Assembly: GCA_023213395.1 (NCBI GenBank)
Contig: CM041465.1
Span: 199,275,741-199,339,740, forward strand
DNA length: 64,000 nt
Direction of reading: 5' to 3'
From: Cycas panzhihuaensis
Taxonomy: Eukaryota; Plantae; Cycadophyta
The notes beneath the pieces were generated by a model. It did no database searches. It had not been told where the DNA came from and saw nothing but the letters and a program-made list of their open reading frames with translations. Numbering within the stretch: position 1 is the first letter of the stretch; each line of letters begins with the position of its first letter. The position numbers and the translations under genes are program-made. Positions 28,546 through 38,000 of the stretch are shown in pieces.

Positions 28546-28796
28546 TCAGAGCTAATATCATTGCCATTCTCATCTAAGAGCACAACCCAGTCTTTTGGCA
28601 TGATCCGCTGCAGTATTTTGATATCTTCCCCTTCAATCCGCAACATCACATCATTGGTTTTCTTTGGATTTGATCTGATCTGTATATCTTCAACACTACA
28701 CTACCACTAGAGCTTCTTCATATACTCTTGAACTACCATTTGCACACTAGTAGTCCTGTTTTTACCAACTATTAATAGTCTAACTATAAGCACCCT
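28546..28796 (-). pseudogene. rlmH-like: Captured uninterrupted fragment of an RlmH-like SPOUT rRNA methyltransferase, antisense to the element
   Basis: Translates RVLIVRLLIVGKNRTTSVQMVVQEYMKKL*W*CSVEDIQIRSNPKKTNDVMLRIEGEDIKILQRIMPKDWVVLLDENGNDISS, matching plant RlmH-family motifs (TVGK..EY..KL..RSNP..DWVVxLDExG). Confidence 0.85.
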
Positions 28797-29214
28797 ATTT
28801 TTAAATGATGAAATTAATTTTTACCACGGATCAATCCATGCTTGTCAAATTTGCCTCTCTGTGAATGGGGTAATTGGAACCGTTTGAACGAGAGGACCTT
28901 GAATTTCTTTTTCTGGCCAATGCATTGCTCCCCATAATCTAATTTATGGACATCAACGCCTATATATTCTCGAGCTCTACCTGTCAAACTCAAAGCCTAC
29001 CTACCCGGTCACTGATGGACCGTTACAGTGGTGCAGTGTACCAATACCCTGTTAACATAATATGCTTAAATACGGTTGATCTAACTGCTACAACGTTTTC
29101 CAAAACTCTGGTAAGCTTTATGGCCCTCGGCCTGGTTGCATTATAGTATAGCCTGCAGAGTTTATTGTCCACCCTCCACAATTCTGACACTACTGTAAAT
29201 AGTCACGACACTCA

Positions 29215-29391
29215 TTTACCACTAGTATTTCTTCTGTGACGGCTCTTTCTTTGGCCCTTAGTTATCCAACACTGGCAGTTGCTCCACATGTTTTCATTAA
29301 TAGTTATAAGAATGTTCTAATTGTTGCAATTGCAACAGAGTATTCATTCCCATAGGCTGAGCAAGTTAAGGAGTTCTTGAAGGATCTAAGT
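29215..29391 (+). pseudogene. RPLP0: Captured fragment of 60S acidic ribosomal protein P0 (uL10), C-terminal-side segment
   Basis: Translates [58 protein letters not shown]; plant P0 reads ..[52 protein letters not shown]. Confidence 0.93.
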
Positions 29392-29392
29392 A

Positions 29393-29506
29393 CTCAACTT
29401 GATGCCATTACTCATGGGAAATGTTGGGCTTATTTTTACAAAAGATGACCTTAAAGAGGTTCGAGAGGAGGTGGCCAAATACAAGGTGGAAGCCCCAGCT
29501 CATGTA
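29393..29506 (+). pseudogene. RPLP0: Captured fragment of ribosomal protein P0 (uL10), N-terminal-side segment, placed downstream of the C-terminal piece
   Basis: Translates [38 protein letters not shown]; plant P0 reads [38 protein letters not shown]. Confidence 0.93.
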
Positions 29507-30293
29507 GTCCCAAATATGCTCCTACAAAATGTAAGAGACCTATAGTGAAGGACTCAGATGTTATGTCTGCAAAGAGGGAACAGACACCTGCAAATACCTG
29601 TTACCAGGCTCCGGAGGTCTAGCTTCTGCCTAACATTCCCCATAGGCATGATGATGGGAATCGAGATTTTGGAGTCGATTTGTACCTTATATTGAAGATC
29701 TACAAAAGATCTATCTCCTCCGTCCATCGCATGTTCTCCGGAATGCCATTTAGATCTTCATCCTCGTCGTCTAGCCTGTATACAAAGCACCGTGACCATG
29801 GAAATTACCAGGTAGGGTTTCTTACGCCCTTACCCCCCTCGGACCCCAATCGATTTTTTACTTTGATTTTATTTTTTCAAAACTAATACTCCGTCGGGTC
29901 TGTCTGCCCAATTCCTCTTTTTTTTTTTTTTTTTTTTTTTAAATAAAACCTAACCACCCCTCCTTTATCAAATTTTGATTTAAATAAAGCAAAGACCCCC
30001 TTTTACATTAAGATACAAACCCCCCTTTACCTTATAAACTCTCATTTACAAATCAAAATCTATATCTCCCCCTTTTAAATAACCTTTAGTACTTAAAATC
30101 AACATTTCTTTAATGTATGACATTTAATTAATCATTACAAAATCCTTTCCCCCCTTATATAGTATCACATTTATTTATAAAATTAAAATAAACTATTCCC
30201 CCCCGACTAATATCTTACTTTATATTCTATTTGTTTATATGTCATATATAAGGTATATATAACCTTTAAAACACTCATTATAAGATTATTTAT

Positions 30294-30405
30294 ATACCTT
30301 TCTCAGTTTTTTAGCTAAGATCAAATGTAGCATCTATTCTTATCAGTTTAATATATGATATGTGGATTATTAAAACTCTATGATATTAAATTCAATACTT
30401 TTTAA
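30294..30405 (+). ncRNA. U2: U2 snRNA 5' half (pseudo-copy) inside the Copia leader
   Basis: ATACCTTTCTCAGTTTTTTAGCTAAGATCAAATGTAGCATCTATTCTTATCAGTTTAATATATGATATGTGG matches 64/72 positions of the plant U2 5' end, starting at nt 1. Degenerate stem IIb and Sm region follow; stems III/IV are absent. Confidence 0.9.
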
Positions 30406-30857
30406 TTCACATTTATATACCTTTTTTTTTTTAATAAAGCTTAATTATTTAAGGACAATTAATATTTTTATAAATATCTTAAAAATTAGTTTGATATCTT
30501 CAAAATTATTACCATCTTAAAGTATCTAACTAAATCAATTGCAATATATAATTAAGTGCTTTAATTTCATATTCTTAGTATTTAAACTTTTTAAGTGAAC
30601 AATTTTTTTATAAAGGGTGACTTTTTATTTTAAAAGGGATTGGTTATTTCTCAGATCAAAGAAGGATTATTTGCTTAAGAACATGTGATTCTTTTCTTAA
30701 GGGAAAAGCAAGTAATGTGTATTACAATGCTTTCTTTTTCATTTTTTTAAAATTATGCTTGTTAAATTAATCTAATGATTAGTACTGTTAGTAAGTGATT
30801 ATTCTTTTAAATCACCTTCATATTTTTCATCTTCAATCAAATCTCATAACTCCCAAT

Positions 30858-33800
30858 ATGGCATTAATGCTAGGGACAATCACCTGTATTTCAATTCCAG
30901 TATTAATCGGCTCAAACTATGCCAACTGGAGGAATTGCATATCCCATCAGTTCAAACAGCAAAAGATATGGAGATATGTGAGAGGTGAATTTCAAAAACT
31001 AAAAGTAGATACTACAGATAGTTACATGGTATATCTAATGAACTCAAATACAGCCTTAAGTACCATATTAAACTCACTCTCACCAGAAATCAGTAGGCAG
31101 TTTTCTAAAACAGATGACTTGGCCAGTGTCTAGAAAACCTTGCAAGAAAAATATGACAAGGTAGATACACATCAAGTGGTTGTCCTAGAATAACAATTGT
31201 ATAACCTTACTTTTGACAATTTTTTCAATATTGAGGATTTTTTAATTAAAATTTAATTAATTAATAAAGATCTAGGAAACTGCATCAAATCTAAAACTAA
31301 AGAAGGTGATATTGAGAAAATAATCACGCATGCTAGAGAAGACGACACACTCGTATGTCTTACAGTAAACAAACTACCAAAACACTTTAATTTCTACAAA
31401 ACTACCAGATAACAAGCTAGCAACCCACCTATAACATTCAATCAGTTGACAAACCAGCTGATTGAACATCAGACAATGTTAATTTAAACAGGCGTATTAA
31501 AAGATCCTTCACAGGTTTTGTTTTCTAAAACTAAGCCACAATTTAAAAATAAGCAATAGAATAATTTTCATAATAATCCAAAATTTTAGAAACTTCATAA
31601 AGGTTCACCATCTAATTTACAAAACAATGTAAAATATTCTAGTCCAACTAAACACCAGAATACTTCCAATCAATTCTTTCATAATAGAAACAACACAACT
31701 TCTTCTCAAAACACTAGTTGTGCCTATTATCATAAAAAAGGCTATACTATTGATGTCTGTAGAAGTAGAATAGCTTTAGAAGCATGGAAAGCTTCCAAGG
31801 GATTGCAAAATAGACCTCAATCCCATTTCCAATCCCATTCTCAATCACGAACCTGAAATCGTCAATCTTATAATCGCTCTTTAGTAGTAACAACTTTTGT
31901 ATTTATTGCCCCTTCAAATCAACCATCACAGTGGATCCTTGACTCTGGTGCATCCCATCACATGACTGGACACCAGAAAAATTTAACCACTTATCAATCT
32001 AATACGAACTCTGAAGAAGAGATTTCTTTTGGAAGTAGTAATCAACTTAAAGTTAAAGGATCAGGTGATGTTATCTTAAAAGATGGTTCAATCAAGGATG
32101 TTTTTTACGTACCTGGTTTGTTACCAAACCTACTCTCTATCTATCAAATCTGCTAGAAAGACCTTATCGTCAAATTCTAGAAAAATAAATTTATCATTAA
32201 GGAACCATTAAACAAATTCAAACGTATTACCTTAGGACCCGTTGATCATAATACAGGTCTCTATAATCTAACAAGTCTTCAAAATAACAAAACAAAATCT
32301 TTTAGTACCTTTATTGCCAAATCTGACTCAATCAATAAACTTTGTCATGCAAGATTTGGCCATACAAGTTATGGTAAACTGTAATATTTAAAGAAGCATG
32401 AAATGGTTCATGGTCTACCACCCTTAAACACTGTTTATGGTGTTTGTGAAGCCTGTGTGACAGGTAAACAATACATGGATCCATTTCCACATAAAACTTA
32501 ATTCAGAGCAACTGCTCCACTTGAACTTGTTCACTTTGACATATGTGGACCCTCTCATGTAACATCATACTCAGGTTCTTATTATTTTGTTACATTTATA
32601 GATGATTATTCAAGAAAATGTTGGGTTTATATGCTCAAAATACGTAGTCAAGTATTTGACATTTTCGTTGAATATAAAATATTAGTTGAAAATTAATCAA
32701 ATTCAAAAATCAAAATATTTCGATCTCATAATGCTAATGAATATTTAAGTGGAAAATTCACTTCTTTCTACAAATCATATGGAATTAGGTTCCAACATTT
32801 TGTTGCATACACACCTCAACAAAACAGTGTTACTGAACGAAAAAATTATACTCTTGTTGAAATGACTCGTTGCTTGTTACATGCAAAGAATCTAGATTTA
32901 AAATTATGGGCAGAAGTAATTAATTGCTCTAACTATTTATTAAATTATTTACTTAGTAAATATCTATAGAACATTACTCTAGAACAAAAATGGTCTGGAA
33001 AAAAACCATCTGTCAATCATTTACGAATCTTTGGCAGTATTGTGTGGGGACATATCTCTCATGAAAAACATAAAAAATTAGATCTAAAAAGTCAAAAATA
33101 CATCTTCGTGGGATACAGTGAAGAGAGTAAAGCTTATAGACTCTTGGATCCAATCATGCATCAAATTTCTATTTTATGTGACATAATATTTGATGAAGAA
33201 GGATCTTCTTCAACATCTACTTATGTAGAACTTCTTGTTAAAAGTTTGTTAACCAACACCTGTTTGGTTGACCCCTCTAATAAACAAGTTGATCTAGAAG
33301 TTATAGAATCTTTATCAACTCAAGTCTAAAATTAGACTCTATCTAAACCCACTGAAATAGATCCTTCCTTTCAAGCTAGTTCATCAAATCAACCTGCATC
33401 TTCAGATATAGTTACTCACAAGCAACCTGTTTGGGCAACAAAAACGTTTGCTGATGCTAGATCTGATGTAGGTAATCCTACTGATACTAAACGCACACAT
33501 GCATAAAAACTACATGCTAATTTTGCCTTAATAGTAAAAATAATGGACAACAATGATCCCAAAACATTTAAATAAGCTAGCAACAATCTTGTATGGCAGG
33601 ATGCTATGTAGACTGAATTTGATGCCTTAATTAAAAATTTAATCTGGGATCTTATTCCTCTCCTACCTGGGAAAAATGTCATCGACTGTAAATGGGTATA
33701 TAGGACAAAATATAACTCAACAGGCGCAGTTGAAAAATATAAAGCTCACCTTATTGCAAAATGATTTTCACAAATAGATTGCATTAATTATAATGAAACC

Positions 33801-35090
33801 TTTGCCCCTATTGTAAAGATGAATATAATCAAAACAATTATTGCTCTTGCAGCCAAATTTGATTGGGAAATCCACCAAATGGATGTTAAGAGTGCTTTCT
33901 TAAATGGTGATCTCAAAGAAGAGATCTATATGTCTCAGCCACCTGAATTTATTAAAAATCCTAATTTAGTTTGCAAACTTAAAAAATCCATTTACGGTTT
34001 AAAACAAGTTCCTCGAGCTTGGTATACCAAAGTCGACAATTATTTAATTCATATTGGATACACTAGATGTATTAGTGATCCAAATCTTTATTTTAAACGT
34101 AAAAATAAAAATCTTACTATTCTAATCCTCTATGTTGATGACATTATCATTACTAGATCATCAACTCATAATTTAAAATCTACTTTAATGAATAAATTTG
34201 AAATGACCGATTTAGGTCTACTACATTACTTTCTTGGTTTACAACTTCATCAAAATCATTTAAATATAACTATATCTCAACTTAAGTATATTCTAGACTT
34301 AATTCAGCAGTTTAACATGGAAAATATTAAACTCGTATCTAATCTGTTACAATCAAGAGTCAAACTATCTACTGATTGTTCATCACCTTTATGTGATCCT
34401 ATATTATATAGATAACTGATTGGCAGTCTTATCTATCTAACTCACACCCGCCCTTACATTTTCTATGCTATCACTTTATGTTCCCGCTATATGCAACAGC
34501 CACATTAATCTCATTGGAAAGCAGTTAGATGTATCTTACGATATCTAAAGCATACTGTATTTTATGGTTTAATTTATAATTTTTGTAATAAACCTCTAAT
34601 GTTAACTGGATATATTGATTCTGATTGGGTAGCTGATATAACTAATTGTAAATCTACTTCAGGTTATATATTTTTTATAGATTCCTCACCTATTACTTGG
34701 TCTAGTAAGAAAATGCAGGCACTTACTTTATCCACAACTGAAGTAGAATATCGTGCACTTGTTGAAGCTGGTAAAGAAGCACTTTGGCTCAAATCTTTAC
34801 TAAATAAAATTGGGCTGTCTCTAATCTCTTCCATTGAACTTAAAGTTGATAATCAAGGTACAATTACTATAGCTACAAATCTAGTTTTACATTGTAAGAC
34901 TAAGCATATTGAATTACATCAACATTTTATTCACAATTTAGTTACTGATAATCTTATTTCTTTGTCTTATTATCCAACAGATCTACAAATTATTGATATT
35001 CTTACGAAGTCTTTAACTGAAGCAAAGTTTTTAAATCTCAGAGATTTATTGCAGATAAAAGAAGTCTCTATCAAATGGGGGTCACCATGA
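30858..35090 (+). pseudogene. gag-pol: Copia gag-pol remnant of the cargo-carrying element
   Basis: IPVLIGSNYANW (gag), WILDSGASHHMTG (PR), LELVHFDICGP (INT), HQMDVKSAFLNG and LYVDDII (RT), GYIDSDW and TKHIELHQHFI (RH). Stops are mostly TAA/TAG. Confidence 0.93.
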
Positions 35091-38000
35091 TGAAGACCTT
35101 CTTTTTCCACAACACAAAAGTTTACATTAAAGGAGGATGTTAGAATGTTAATGTAATCTTTATGTTCTTTTCTAAAGTTCATATTTAAGTCATATGTCTA
35201 AATGTATATTTAAGTTATCATAATGTTTAAACTTTAATGTTTATTAATTAATTTATGTGAAAGGTGGTTGAAATGCGGAACTACATTTCAACGAACCTTT
35301 TATTGTATAAATTCATCTCCTAGATTCAAGGAGATGGTTCCAGAAATCTAGGAGGGTTGTCTGTATGCCTTTTCAAAGGTTGGTTTAGGTGTTAGGTGGT
35401 TTACCGATTTGGTATTCTATTCACAGTAATTCTTAATAAAAATAGAACTTTAGAAGGTGGTTTTTCTTCCCTAGAAGGGGTTTTCCACCTATTAACCTGT
35501 GTACATGTGTAATTTCATTTGTGTAATTTTATTGTTTTAGCGAAAACTATTTTTTTATTAAAACAAAAAAAAAAGAAGAAAATATCTTCCTTTTTTAAGG
35601 CTTTAAATCTCATTGTAAAAGTGAGTGGAAAACACTTAGATTAGAGTAATATCTAGTTCATTCACTTTACTTCTTAGTATTTCATTTTAGCACTCCAAGT
35701 AAGCACTCTAAGCAAGTACTCCAAAAGCACTCCATTTCCAATTACATGTACGTTTGATATAAATTTGATAATTTTTTCACTATTTCTAAAGGAACACATC
35801 GTGTACATTATTTTCTACTATCTTATGCATATACACCTACTCACCAAGGTTGAAATACCTTGGTTGGTAGAATGTCATACCATAAAGGAGGTGTAGGTTT
35901 CAAGTGGGGACTAGACTTAACCAGAATATTGGTGAGGCTTAGTTAACCATGCCATCATGCCCCAATAAGGGATCATTCTAATAACTAATTAGGAAAACTA
36001 AAACTTTAATATAAAATTAAAATATACCCACTCAAATATCTATCATAGCCATAGCTATATACATATGAATCTTTGAAAGAGGTATATTACTGCTTATTGG
36101 TGAACAAGATTGGGATTAGAAGTACATGGGCTCCATTATGACTTGGATTTCATCATCAAGCATAATTACAAGTATCACATGTGAATGCTAACTTAATTCT
36201 ACTAGAAGCCTAAACATCCTTTACCAACCTCATCTACATGTTGGACACAAGTTAGAGGTTATTGGGTTAACTACACATCATATATTTGAGTTTCACAATT
36301 ATGTACACCCATTAATGTTAATATAAATATTGGTCTATAATCTTGTATATTGACCATTCATATATTTGTAAATAGTGATCTATAGTACAATCACAGTACT
36401 TCATTCCTGTTACGTCAGGATAATTTTGTCATAAGTGTTAGTGGCTAATTTTTATCATAGTGTTTCTCATATTCCTACCACATCAAGTTAATATTTGTCA
36501 CAAGTATTGGTGACTTTTCTCTAAGTTGCTCCCTTCATCTTTGAGTAACCATTCTTACTTCTTTATTCTTCCTTTTGCTACACTATTTCATTACACCTCC
36601 TATTTGTAAATTATGATTAGTCATTTATTGCCATCACTTTCATAGTCTCTTATTTATTTCGTTCCTTCTCAAAAGGTACCTTGTCTTCATAGTTCAAGCA
36701 AAAGGTGAACTACATTTTTAAAAGGAAAGAAAATTAGGACATGCATTTCATTGGTGTCAGAAATGCTATAAAGTATAAAGGTCTTTAAAGAGATCACCTA
36801 TAGCTTACACCAATTATTGTTGCCACTACCACACCTGCCTTTAGAGTAACTCCTCTAACTCCTCCTACCGATGCTTCAGGCAAATGCTAATGAGAACTTT
36901 ATGATGGTAAAATCTATACAGGGATACTTCTTATCACTAATTATTCCTTATATAACCTCATTGATCAAGCTATATATGATATAGTATGAAAAGTTCTTGA
37001 AGTTCATAAGAAGAACTTTAACACTAAATCAACCTTAGAATTTGTTTAATTGGTGTTGAAGATGAATAAATCAAAAATACAGAAAGAATACACAAACGAG
37101 ACAATAAATCTCCTTCATCCCATTAAGTAAGTTATCGATAAAGACTTCAAGACTCAATGCATTACATGGGCTTTCTTAATTCAGTCATGTCTCCATATCC
37201 TAGATTACAATAATATACTCAGAAGTCTTCAATCTAGTGGCACTTTGAATACCCTAAACTTTAAGGATCTTGTTGATAAGTTTATTAAATTTAATAAGAC
37301 CTTTGATACTAACTTTGACACTACATCAAATCTTATCGATGCTACTTTTGAAGTGGAAGAAGATCTTTTCTATACAAAAAATCAAGGTCAACCCTCTCAT
37401 AGAGGTGGTAATTCCTACAGAAGTGTTAGAAGTAGATAAAAGGGGCAATGTCTTAATGGTCAACAAGCTCTCTAACACCAACAAAAATAGTCTCAAGGCC
37501 AAGGCTAAAATAATCAACTTGGACCCAAATCTAGCAATCAGAGATAATCTAACTAGCCCTGAACTTCTTATGGGACTAGAAATCAAATAATTGTATATGA
37601 AAGGTGTCATACAAAAGGACACTATGTCAAAAATTATAGAACTACCACTAAGAACCTACCAAACTATCAATAGTGCCATGGTGTACATAATGTTAATGAT
37701 ACTTCTTTTGAAGATGCTTTTAGTAGAATGTAATTTGCTCGTGTAAACCTTCAAAGAATTAGGGCTACTTCATCAAATATTATTAATAAATTCACTAAGT
37801 ATATTGAGGCTCATTATGGTTATGCTTATTTACTTTTACCTCCACCACTTAGAGTTTTTAATAGTACCATCTTAAATACTTCATCTCGGATCATGGATAC
37901 TGAAGCAACACAATATATGACTTATCATCACCAGTTCTTTTAGGATTTTAACTCTAAAGTTCATGGTGTTGTACACATGGATGAAAAATCATCTCATCTA

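Larger units (their letters stand above)
28096..35521 (+). mobile_element. Ty1/Copia with a 2.3-kb cargo-carrying 5' leader
   Basis: 5' LTR 28096-28540, PBS tggtatcagagc at 28541, PPT aaaggagga. 3' LTR 35138-35521 is ~94% identical by hand count and lacks its last ~62 bp. Complete gag-pol remnant. Confidence 0.95.

Noticed and set aside
28900-28980. Minus-frame YIGVDVHK resembling an IS110 transposase start
   Set aside because: Short motif with no further similarity, in a plant TE context.
29345-29647. Direct repeat cattccc(c)ataggc as a TSD
   Set aside because: The first copy lies inside continuous P0 coding sequence, so it cannot be an insertion boundary.
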